From an uncultured virus (IMG/VR IMGVR_UViG_3300027863_000003) (lineage: Duplodnaviria > Heunggongvirae > Uroviricota > Caudoviricetes), in IMG/VR virus record IMGVR_UViG_3300027863_000003: 64,000 bases of DNA; one strand, written 5' to 3'. A program made the position numbers and the translations under genes. Below the pieces are notes generated by a model that saw only the letters and a list, made by a program, of their open reading frames with translations, ran no database searches and had not been told where the DNA came from. Below are positions 26,654 to 35,436 of this stretch, one piece after another (the stretch's first letter is position 1; every line of letters begins with the position of its first letter).

Positions 26654-28108
26654 ATGGAAAACGACAAAGACACAATCCAAAATCAAACTGTCGAACAAGA
26701 CACCGACAACCAACAAGTTGTCAAGCAACAGAATCAATCGGCAGAAAAACCGGAGACTGTACCGCCTGAGGTAGCCGGCAAGGTGCTTTCCACTTTGCTT
26801 GGCCAACCGGCGGAACCGTCCCAGGCGGATGACAAACCAAAAGAACCAACGCCGCCCCCGGCACCTGCCAAGCGCATTAAAAAGGCAAAGGATTATCCGG
26901 AGATTGACCCGGAGAAAATTGCTGAGGCGGCGGCGCGGGGGGTTGCCAAGGCGCTGAAAGATAAAGATGAAAAAACGAAAACACCGCCCCCAGCGCAGCC
27001 GGCTGAAGAAGAGATTATTCCGCCGGATAAACTGCCTGAGGAAGACCGGCAGGCTTATGAGGTCATTGTTGAAATGGCCAACTTGTACCCAGACAAGTAC
27101 AAGGATTACCCGCAAAAGGCGCTGAAATTCAAGGCTACCCTTGAAAAAGATGCGGATACATTCCGCGACAAGTGGGAAAAGGCGAACCCGCCCGAAAATT
27201 TTGCCAGCGATGAGGAACGCAACGCGGCAATGGCAGAGGCATGGAATGAACACGCCGCGAATCTGCGTCAGAAAATCGGCTTCAACTATTCGCAAGCTGA
27301 TTTCGAAAAGGCACAGGAACAGTTGAAATTGAAGCCAATAGCTTCAAAAGTTCAGGAGCTTGAGCAAACAGTTAAGCAAGCCAAGCTCAAAGAAGTGCAG
27401 CCGAAGATAATGCAAACCGCCTTAAGCGCCGCGGCTGATGTTGTGAATGAAATGGTCGGCAAAGATGCCTTTGATGAAGTGTTCAAGGACGGGAAATTCT
27501 CAAGGGATAAACTGACCGAACTTGCGCCTGAATCAGCCGAGATAATTGAATCCGCGGCTCAGGCAGCGGCTGTGTTTGCGGCGACAGTTGAATCGTTCAT
27601 CAACGGGCTGGCTGATGAACGGCAAACTGATGCCGTTGTATCGGCGGTTGCCAACATCGAAAAATACATTACCAGCCTGCCTGAAGAAGAGCAAAAAGAT
27701 GGCCAAGGCCGGCAATTTATTTCTGTTACCCAGTATAACAAGTTGTCTGATGCGGAAAAAGCAAAGCGATGGACACTTGACCCGCAAACGCTTATTGCAA
27801 TCAACAATCACCTCATTCTCGAAGAAGCGAAAGAAAAAGCCCAACAAGAACAGGAGCGCATCCAAAAAATTGTCGAGCGCAAATACGGCCTGCAAAAGCC
27901 CGGCAAGGCCGATAAAGCGGCGGAAATCGCGCTGAATAGCCCGCCGCCAATGCCGCCGCCGGCGGCTAGCAAGCCGCTTTCACCATCAACCGCCGCCGCG
28001 CCAGTAGCCACAAAAACAACCACTCAATCAGGCGGGTTAAAGGGGCCTGGGAGCAAGCTTTTGAATGCTCTTTTGAACGGATTACCGCCATCAGGCGCCA
28101 TCACATAA
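26654..28108 (+). CDS. scaffolding-like protein
   Basis: Charged, helical, Pro-rich ends; directly upstream of the capsid gene. Confidence 0.6.
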   Translation: MENDKDTIQNQTVEQDTDNQQVVKQQNQSAEKPETVPPEVAGKVLSTLLGQPAEPSQADDKPKEPTPPPAPAKRIKKAKDYPEIDPEKIAEAAARGVAKALKDKDEKTKTPPPAQPAEEEIIPPDKLPEEDRQAYEVIVEMANLYPDKYKDYPQKALKFKATLEKDADTFRDKWEKANPPENFASDEERNAAMAEAWNEHAANLRQKIGFNYSQADFEKAQEQLKLKPIASKVQELEQTVKQAKLKEVQPKIMQTALSAAADVVNEMVGKDAFDEVFKDGKFSRDKLTELAPESAEIIESAAQAAAVFAATVESFINGLADERQTDAVVSAVANIEKYITSLPEEEQKDGQGRQFISVTQYNKLSDAEKAKRWTLDPQTLIAINNHLILEEAKEKAQQEQERIQKIVERKYGLQKPGKADKAAEIALNSPPPMPPPAASKPLSPSTAAAPVATKTTTQSGGLKGPGSKLLNALLNGLPPSGAIT

Positions 28109-28231
28109 AATAAGAAACCCATTATCTTATAATGGATTACAGCTCAATTACATAATATTCATTAGATGCCGATTTAACTAGCTGGCATTATTAAGTTGCG
28201 GTGTTAAATTGGTTGTAGAAAGGATTGAGCT

Positions 28232-29941
28232 ATGCCAGCACAAAGCGATATAACAAATATTTTTCAGGCGTGCATACCAGCACTGACGACCGACATTGCC
28301 CGCGCAAGCAGTGTAACAACGTGCAATGCAATTGTACCTTCGCCCACCGATTTGGACGATATGTTCCTGAGTTCGGATGGGAAATATCGCATCATGGGCG
28401 CGTTGTTCATGCATCAACTTGAATTGAACGCCTGCCAGGCGCAGCAAACCCCGTTGACCAAGTTTCTTTTGGCCAACAAAGTGGACTTGTCGAAACGGAT
28501 AAGCACCGAAATCATGAGCAACGGGCTTATTCGCATTCGCCCATACATTTTGGGCCGGCGCAAAGGCCCCATCAACAACAATTACTGGGAGGGGGCAGGT
28601 GGGCATGGTGTGCAGGTTAGCGGCGCCGATTACTGGGACATAAACGTTTCCAGCCGCACAGGCATACCGGTGGACACCCGCTGGTTCAATGTTGGCGAGC
28701 GTGTCTGGACTGAGTCTGTCGGCGACGATGGCAGTTCACTTGTGCGGGCGGCGTGGACAGTTGTTGATTCAACTGTGAATTCCGGCACTCAAACCATCCG
28801 GTTGGCTTTGACTGCCGGGCCTTCCAATTTGCCGGCTTCACGCAAGGTTTCAGTATCGAGTCATACATGGACAAATGGGCCGGTGAACGCCATTGTCTAT
28901 CGTGGTACAGCCAACGTATCCGATTTTGAGAGCTGGTGTGCTCAGCCGCCTGGCTTGATTAGCCACAGCGAGCAACCGTTCTGGGTTGAAACTGTTCGTG
29001 ATGCTCTGGCGATTGACGAGCAATACGAGGAATGGTTGGGGTTGGTTCTGGCCAATAACCCGCTGTATGCGAATTACTTCCATCTGCCTGTAGTCGAGTA
29101 TAACCGGCAGGCTGGTGAAGATTTCTACAGGCGGTTTGTCAATACCATGTTCTTCAACCAGCCGTTGCCGAATCAGGACATCAACACCGTCAGCAGCCTG
29201 CAGCAAATCACCACTGCGGCAATTGACGGCAGCCGTTGCGTTGGTTACAAGGCCAACTCAATCGGTTGGTATGAGCAATGGTTGCAATGCAAGCGTGTGC
29301 GTGATTTCCAAGGGCAACGGCTCAGCATACCGAGCTTCCAGAAGATGCTCTATCGGTTGCTGCGTATCCGCAACGATACCGGCAACAAGAGCAACGAGGT
29401 TGACGTGTTCATGCCGTCGAACTATGCGCTCCTGTTCCAGCAGGCCCTCATCAATTACTATGAGGCCAAGAGCAAGAGCCTGCTGCGGATGAACATTGAC
29501 CTGAGCAGTGGGGAGCAGAAATCGCCGTTTGGCTTCACGTTCAAACGGTTCTATCTGGATTACCCGAACTGTTACCTCAACATCATCACCGACAGGTTCT
29601 TTGACGATTATCGGGATGAATGCGAGGCCCGCGCCGCGGCGACCGGCAACGCGGCTTGGAAAAACTTCGGCAACAGGATTTGGATTATTGACTGGAGCAA
29701 GAATTACACCGGCATTCTGGGCAGCAACAGAGTTGTCCACAAGACCGGTGATTTGCAAACGCTTGCTGCGGTTGATAATTCATATCGCTGCGTGATGCGT
29801 GTCCCGACCAAGACAACGACTTTGATGTCCACAACGCACACGCAAATAGCCGAGTGCCCGGCTGGCGATTGGATTGGCGAGAATATTGCCGACGAAGTAC
29901 CTGACCACACTCAGGAAGCCGGCGATTACGACGACAACTAA
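28232..29941 (+). CDS. major capsid protein (HK97-like, with insertion domain)
   Basis: Position after the scaffold, 569 aa; C-terminus (THTQIAECPAGDWIGENI) resembles HK97-fold ends. Confidence 0.7.
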   Translation: MPAQSDITNIFQACIPALTTDIARASSVTTCNAIVPSPTDLDDMFLSSDGKYRIMGALFMHQLELNACQAQQTPLTKFLLANKVDLSKRISTEIMSNGLIRIRPYILGRRKGPINNNYWEGAGGHGVQVSGADYWDINVSSRTGIPVDTRWFNVGERVWTESVGDDGSSLVRAAWTVVDSTVNSGTQTIRLALTAGPSNLPASRKVSVSSHTWTNGPVNAIVYRGTANVSDFESWCAQPPGLISHSEQPFWVETVRDALAIDEQYEEWLGLVLANNPLYANYFHLPVVEYNRQAGEDFYRRFVNTMFFNQPLPNQDINTVSSLQQITTAAIDGSRCVGYKANSIGWYEQWLQCKRVRDFQGQRLSIPSFQKMLYRLLRIRNDTGNKSNEVDVFMPSNYALLFQQALINYYEAKSKSLLRMNIDLSSGEQKSPFGFTFKRFYLDYPNCYLNIITDRFFDDYRDECEARAAATGNAAWKNFGNRIWIIDWSKNYTGILGSNRVVHKTGDLQTLAAVDNSYRCVMRVPTKTTTLMSTTHTQIAECPAGDWIGENIADEVPDHTQEAGDYDDN

Positions 29942-29961
29942 TCAATTTAACGGAGGATGAA

Positions 29962-30444
29962 ATGAAGAAAATCGCAATTGCAATTGGATTGGCTGCCAGC
30001 GTACTGATTTTGTGCGCTGCTACTTGGACGGGGCCTAGTATTTCTGTACCTGGCCCCGACAACTATGGTTACAAGAACTTTGGCAGCGCCTATCTGCCAA
30101 GCTCAGTTGGGGCGAGCCAGCAATCAAATGTTGTTGGTGCTGCATTTGCGGCGCCACGAAGCAGCCCGCTGGGGGTGGTGTGCCGGTTGAAGATGGCCGC
30201 AGCGACCAATGTAAGCTTGACGCTCAAGTTTGATGTGTCAGCAGACAATGTTTACTGGACGTCGAACCAGCCAATCAGCCTAGCGGTTTCTACAAGCGAC
30301 AAGACAACCAATGTCCAGAACCTTTTCGCCACGCTGCCATTTACTAATTTCGGTGGGGCCAAGTATTTGGCTTTGACCGCCATTTCAAACGCGAGCGGGG
30401 CGACAGTCTATCCGTCCAATGTTTGCGTTGGCTACTGGCCTTAA
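29962..30444 (+). CDS. signal-peptide-bearing beta-rich protein (decoration-like)
   Basis: MKKIAIAIGLAASVLILCAA signal; immediately after the capsid gene. Confidence 0.65.
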   Translation: MKKIAIAIGLAASVLILCAATWTGPSISVPGPDNYGYKNFGSAYLPSSVGASQQSNVVGAAFAAPRSSPLGVVCRLKMAAATNVSLTLKFDVSADNVYWTSNQPISLAVSTSDKTTNVQNLFATLPFTNFGGAKYLALTAISNASGATVYPSNVCVGYWP

Positions 30445-30473
30445 GAGCTAAACCTGAAACACAAAGGTTTGAT

Positions 30474-30947
30474 ATGCGATACTTTAAAAAATCGAATATC
30501 AAAACAACCATATTTCATGAAGGCAATCAAATTGTCTTTACCCCAATACCTGATGAATACGGGATACTCGAACTGGCCGATGACGCGCCTGAACTGAAAA
30601 CGATTGAGATTTGCTTGAAACGTCATATTGGCGGCGTTGTCGAGATTTCAAAAGAAATCTACGATGAATTGAAAAAAAAACAACTGACAAGCCCGCCCAG
30701 CCAATCAATCCCGCAATTGCGAATAGTGGATTTAAGTCCGCATTGGGGGCCACCGCCAAAACCGCAACCGCCGCAACAACAAGTGATGTTATCCCCTGCC
30801 CAGCCTGCGGTGGCACAGGCAAGTGCAGAAGCGGCTGTGGTAAAGGCCGCCCCTGCAACCTCTGCGGGGGTACTGGCTGGCGAAGGCGGTGAGCCAATCA
30901 GCCGCGGCGTAAAAGTCAAAGTTGGCCGGCCTAAAAAGGCCACATAA
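30474..30947 (+). CDS. hypothetical protein with internal A9 slippery run; zero-frame product ends in GRPKK
   Basis: Start MRYFKK; AAAAAAAAA at 30672-30680. Confidence 0.7.
   Translation: MRYFKKSNIKTTIFHEGNQIVFTPIPDEYGILELADDAPELKTIEICLKRHIGGVVEISKEIYDELKKKQLTSPPSQSIPQLRIVDLSPHWGPPPKPQPPQQQVMLSPAQPAVAQASAEAAVVKAAPATSAGVLAGEGGEPISRGVKVKVGRPKKAT
30668..30892 (+). other. -1 frame segment encoding a DnaJ-type zinc finger (probable programmed frameshift product)
   Basis: Hand translation ...VIPCPACGGTGKCRSGCGKGRPCNLCGGTGWRRR*; bounded by TGA at 30665 and containing no ATG. Confidence 0.7.
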
Positions 30948-31009
30948 TAAAATGTTGACGTGGCTTGCCGCCTGAGTAAAGTTAGGCAAGGCAGTTTTTG
31001 GAGATAGCC

Positions 31010-32932
31010 ATGTCAACAATATTTGCTGATTTAAGGAAGGCAGTAATTGCCAAGGCCTTCCCCGACGGGGAAGCGGAAAACCTCACCAAACAGCACCGCG
31101 ACGATTTGGTTGCCGGCTTGATTGATATTCAACAATTCGATTCCTTTTATCAGCAGCGGCATATTGATGTTTTCCCATTCTGTTCAACCTTGTTTTATTG
31201 CGGGGCCACTGTTCTGGAAAAGCCGCGCGGCAAGGTGATTCGCATTTATACTCTGCCAGAAGAAACGGATTGTTGCCCCGTGGTTTATGAATGGGAAGAT
31301 AATTCGCATATATTTTGGGACTGGCTTGATGCCAGCCGGCCATTGTGGAAAAAGATTGTTCAGCCGGGTGCCCCCCCATTGCCGATGGGATTTCATCATG
31401 CCGACCCAATAACTGACAAAGGCTGCCGGTATAATTGGGGCCGGTACTGCCTTGATTCAGATTACATTTTCATCGGGCATAGAATTGAATCAACCGAGCG
31501 CGTTGTAATTGAGTGGTCAGGGATTAAGCGGCGGTTTGCAGACAACGACATCATCAAACTTTCATCCATCCACGATGAACAAAACGATAAAGATGAAGGC
31601 GTTGAATTGGTTGATGTGTTGGCTGTTTATGTAAAAGCGCAGCATTTGATGCTTTATGAGGACGACATGCAGGCCGGCGCGGCGATGATGCAGCTTTATA
31701 CCAAGAAACGGGCGGATTTGATTTATCGCCATAAGATGGAGATGCGGCCTGAGGCGCGGCCTGTTTATGTAAATTTCAAGCCGCGGCCAAATGTTTTCGG
31801 CATATTCCCGCCAGGCTCAGACTACGAAGTTTGCAGAACTGCGCCGCAGGTGAAGACTGATGCAACGTGGACGTATGCCTTTGTGGCCGACATAGATGGC
31901 GAAAAGGAAGAGGCAGCAAGTGTGGCTAACCTGATTGCGGGCTGGGGGCCGGCCTTTGTGATTGGTGGCGGTGATATTTGGAATAACAAGGGCGACAGCA
32001 CAAAAACGCAATTGGATATAACCTTTGGCCGGCTTTACCGGATGTTTCTTTATCCCTACCGCGGTTCCGCCGGCCCGCAGGTTGCCCAATACCAACGGTT
32101 TTATTCTGCAATCGGCAATCATGACCGTGACCCGGCTGTTCGTTTTGATTTGGTGCGCGAATTTCTCAACATGCCGCCATCTACAATCGGCGGTATAAGC
32201 CAGCCCAACAAGGGGTACTACGATATTTTGCTTGGCAATGTGCATTGGTTTTTCATTGATTCAGGTTTCATGAATGATGGTAGTACGATTGCCCAGGAGG
32301 ATGGGATTACAGAGACAAGCCCCCAGGGTAGGTACATGCTGGATTTGATACGCAAGAGCAATGCTCCTTGGAAAATTGTCGTGCTACATCATCCGCCATA
32401 CGCAAGCATCGGCGACGGGCATAATGACGATTACGCGGCGTTGCGTTGGGATTTCAAGGGGGCTGGCGTCAATCTGGTTCTGAGCGGGCACAAACATTGG
32501 TACGAACGCTGTGTTATAGATGGATTGCCTTATTTGGTTTGTGGGTTGGGGGGTGCCCCCATACTTTCACCAAGCGAATCAGAACTCGCTACAGGCAGCC
32601 AGGTACGCTACAACGCAAAACATGGGGCCCTTTTGATTGCCGCCACGGCCACACAACTTCGTGTTTTCTTTCTGAACATAGATTCAGAACTGATTGACGG
32701 CATACAATTTGACAAGGAAGCCTGCACTTGGTCTTCTGGCGTGGCGCCTGTTACAGTGAGCCAGGGCGGTTCATTTACGCCACCGGCGCCCAATGCACAG
32801 GGGCAAATTTGGATTGGGACAAATACGTATTTCGACAGTGCTGGGAACTTGTGGATTAAGACACCGGCTGGGTTCAAGAAATTCACCGGAATATCAGTTG
32901 ACGGCGTAATCGCCCCAACATTGACGGATTGA
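31010..32932 (+). CDS. virion-module protein: adaptor-like N-terminus fused to a metallophosphoesterase
   Basis: FVAD, GGGD, GNHD, HHPPY and SGHKHWYER motifs in the C-terminal half; adaptor call is positional. Confidence 0.75.
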   Translation: MSTIFADLRKAVIAKAFPDGEAENLTKQHRDDLVAGLIDIQQFDSFYQQRHIDVFPFCSTLFYCGATVLEKPRGKVIRIYTLPEETDCCPVVYEWEDNSHIFWDWLDASRPLWKKIVQPGAPPLPMGFHHADPITDKGCRYNWGRYCLDSDYIFIGHRIESTERVVIEWSGIKRRFADNDIIKLSSIHDEQNDKDEGVELVDVLAVYVKAQHLMLYEDDMQAGAAMMQLYTKKRADLIYRHKMEMRPEARPVYVNFKPRPNVFGIFPPGSDYEVCRTAPQVKTDATWTYAFVADIDGEKEEAASVANLIAGWGPAFVIGGGDIWNNKGDSTKTQLDITFGRLYRMFLYPYRGSAGPQVAQYQRFYSAIGNHDRDPAVRFDLVREFLNMPPSTIGGISQPNKGYYDILLGNVHWFFIDSGFMNDGSTIAQEDGITETSPQGRYMLDLIRKSNAPWKIVVLHHPPYASIGDGHNDDYAALRWDFKGAGVNLVLSGHKHWYERCVIDGLPYLVCGLGGAPILSPSESELATGSQVRYNAKHGALLIAATATQLRVFFLNIDSELIDGIQFDKEACTWSSGVAPVTVSQGGSFTPPAPNAQGQIWIGTNTYFDSAGNLWIKTPAGFKKFTGISVDGVIAPTLTD

Positions 32933-32933
32933 T

Positions 32934-34295
32934 ATGAAAAAACAAATCATCATACTATTGACAATGGGATTGGCTGGTTGCATGGCGTCGGAAACGCTTG
33001 TGCCAGTTATGGTAACAACCAATGGCGAATTGCGCGCGCCAACCAATTTTTTCAATGCGAATAGCAATCAAATCGCCGCTGCCGCAACAAATTCAACATG
33101 GCAATCAATTACAAATTACGTGGCCGCCGCGACAAATGGCCTTGCGTCAACCAATTATGTTTCGGACTCAACCAACGCGGTCTGGCAATCTGCAACAAAT
33201 TACGTGGCCGCCGCGACGAATGGCCTTGCAAGTACCAACTACGTTGCGAGCGCAACAAACGCGCTGGCCGGCACATTGACATGGGGCTGGACTTATCACC
33301 AGCCGAGAATTTATGATACAGAAATCCTAACGAATTGGTGGATGCGATTAGACGGGGTGGATAATTTGCAGGTTGCATGGACGAATTGGGGGACAGTAAA
33401 CGGCATGGCCCAAGTCGGGTTTTTAATTCATGATGATTACGATAGAGTATCACCAATACTCTTGAGATATTTATATGGCGGTCATCCAGAATTGGTTTTT
33501 TCAGGTTATGCAGGCCAGCCCTTGCCAATTAAAATTTCCGATTTTGGTGAAAGCTGGCTTGGGACTGATGCAAATGGCTGGCTGATAAATCGAGGGTGGC
33601 CAACAAATATGCCAGCAGGCCAGCAAATCACAGATTTGCAACTTCAAGGAAACTTCACTTGGGACGGGCAAACGTATTGGGACAAAACTTCAAGTCGCAC
33701 AAATCTATCATTGTACAATTGGGTTTCATTGAGGCCGACGAGTGCTTCAGACTTCTATTATTATATCACGAATGCGGGTGACGCCTTGATTTTGCGGGGC
33801 TACGATTCGTTGTTCGATGAAACAACCACCTATTTGCAAATTGATTATTCCGGTGGGGACATGTGGTTGCGCGGTTATCCGCACAGCAACGTGCTGGGGA
33901 GCGCAGCTTACACCGCCGCGAATGTGATGACGAATGGGCAACTCTACTCCTCTGTGCGCTATCAACTCACGCAACACAATCCCGACAGCAACGGGACAAA
34001 TTACATTCTCGATTTTAACGGGCCAAGCTCGCGTTCCATTGTTTGCGCGGACAACGTGAATTTTTCGAGCGCGACAAACTTGACAACTGGTTTTGAAATC
34101 AGCGTCACTTACACAATTTACCCGAATGGGGCAAATCGAACGATTAGCTGGCCAACAAACTGGCAAACGCTTTCGAGCAACACTTTCAATTCGCCGGTCA
34201 CGCTCACCAACGGACGCATTGCGCGGATTGCATTTTCGTTCATCGGCATCAGCAGCAGCGAGACAAACATTTTGGTTGGTGGAGTACAGCAATGA
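32934..34295 (+). CDS. signal-peptide-bearing, Thr-Asn-rich fibre-like protein
   Basis: MKKQIIILLTMGLAGC signal/lipobox; 28-aa repeat WQS-TNYVAAATNGLASTNYV (84-bp period near 33111 and 33195). Confidence 0.65.
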   Translation: MKKQIIILLTMGLAGCMASETLVPVMVTTNGELRAPTNFFNANSNQIAAAATNSTWQSITNYVAAATNGLASTNYVSDSTNAVWQSATNYVAAATNGLASTNYVASATNALAGTLTWGWTYHQPRIYDTEILTNWWMRLDGVDNLQVAWTNWGTVNGMAQVGFLIHDDYDRVSPILLRYLYGGHPELVFSGYAGQPLPIKISDFGESWLGTDANGWLINRGWPTNMPAGQQITDLQLQGNFTWDGQTYWDKTSSRTNLSLYNWVSLRPTSASDFYYYITNAGDALILRGYDSLFDETTTYLQIDYSGGDMWLRGYPHSNVLGSAAYTAANVMTNGQLYSSVRYQLTQHNPDSNGTNYILDFNGPSSRSIVCADNVNFSSATNLTTGFEISVTYTIYPNGANRTISWPTNWQTLSSNTFNSPVTLTNGRIARIAFSFIGISSSETNILVGGVQQ

Positions 34296-35239
34296 GAACA
34301 CTGATTTTTCTGGCATTTTTTGCGTTTTGCATTTGCGCCGGTGCGCAGCCCAACAGCCTGCGCGACCCGGGGTTTCTCTCGCTCATCGGGCGACAGCCGG
34401 CGGGCGGTGGAGGCGGCGGTGGCTGGACAACGAATGCATGGGTGACAAACTGGCTTGCGCGGATTGACGCGACAGCAGGCTCGACGAATAGGCCGAGTAG
34501 TAACACCACTTGGGCGGTGAGCCAATTCTGCGATGAGCTAAGCACGCAGGGGCTGCTTGGCAAAATGCATGTTGTCGCGGTGTTCACTGACAACCTGGCT
34601 TGCTCGACAAATCCGGTAATCACGAATGGATTGGGCGGCCCCTACGGTGCGTTCACGAATGTTGGATTTGTTGCGAGCGATTTAACTGCCAACGGGCTTG
34701 TTGGCAACGGCACAAGCAAGCATTTGCGCACGGGACAAATTCCGTCCCAGTTGTATTCGAGCAGCACAAACGCGGGCGTCACCATTTATGTGTATGATGG
34801 CAATGACGGTTCCACGGAAGATGCCGGTGTTGTTGCGAGCGCATCATCTGTTATGAGCTGCTATGTGTCCTATTCTGGAACCACCTATTGGGACACGTGG
34901 AACCAAACAGCAGGGCAAGGCCGCATCAGCGCGGCCAATAGTGCGTGGGCCGGTTACATTTCGTTCGTTCGGTATTACGGTGGCAGCGCAGTTTATCGCG
35001 CAAACTCTGCGACCAATCACCAAACGCTTGTGAGCGGCACGGGCAGCGGCGGCACGGTACCAAGCACAATGCCGTTGCCGATTTATTGTGAGAATCATTA
35101 CTCGCTGGGCCATCGCATGTTCACCACGCGGCGCTACTCATTTGTCGCGTTTCATGACAGCCTGAATGCGACTGAAAGCAGCGCTTTTTACAACGCAATC
35201 CAAACATTGCGTCAACGATTGGGGGGAGGATACCGATGA
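34292..35239 (+). CDS. signal-peptide-bearing protein with lectin/LamG-like C-terminal domain
   Basis: MRTLIFLAFFAFCICAGA signal, Gly linker, beta-rich domain ending L-ATE...YNAIQTL. Confidence 0.6.
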   Translation: MRTLIFLAFFAFCICAGAQPNSLRDPGFLSLIGRQPAGGGGGGGWTTNAWVTNWLARIDATAGSTNRPSSNTTWAVSQFCDELSTQGLLGKMHVVAVFTDNLACSTNPVITNGLGGPYGAFTNVGFVASDLTANGLVGNGTSKHLRTGQIPSQLYSSSTNAGVTIYVYDGNDGSTEDAGVVASASSVMSCYVSYSGTTYWDTWNQTAGQGRISAANSAWAGYISFVRYYGGSAVYRANSATNHQTLVSGTGSGGTVPSTMPLPIYCENHYSLGHRMFTTRRYSFVAFHDSLNATESSAFYNAIQTLRQRLGGGYR

Positions 35240-35436
35240 ATGGAGAATGTACATTCGTTTCTTCAAGGCAAGTTCAAGAGCACGTGCGAAGCTTGAACGC
35301 AGTGAATTTTAAATTTCTCATCGCCAAATCCAGGTGCGAGATACCAATTAAATGGTGCACAGGCAACGAAGCTGAATGTAAATTGCCGATTATCAAAATA
35401 TTGAGCCATGAAACTAATTCAACCAGATATACATGA
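35236..35436 (+). CDS. small hypothetical protein
   Basis: 66-aa ORF coupled to both neighbours. Confidence 0.45.
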   Translation: MNGECTFVSSRQVQEHVRSLNAVNFKFLIAKSRCEIPIKWCTGNEAECKLPIIKILSHETNSTRYT

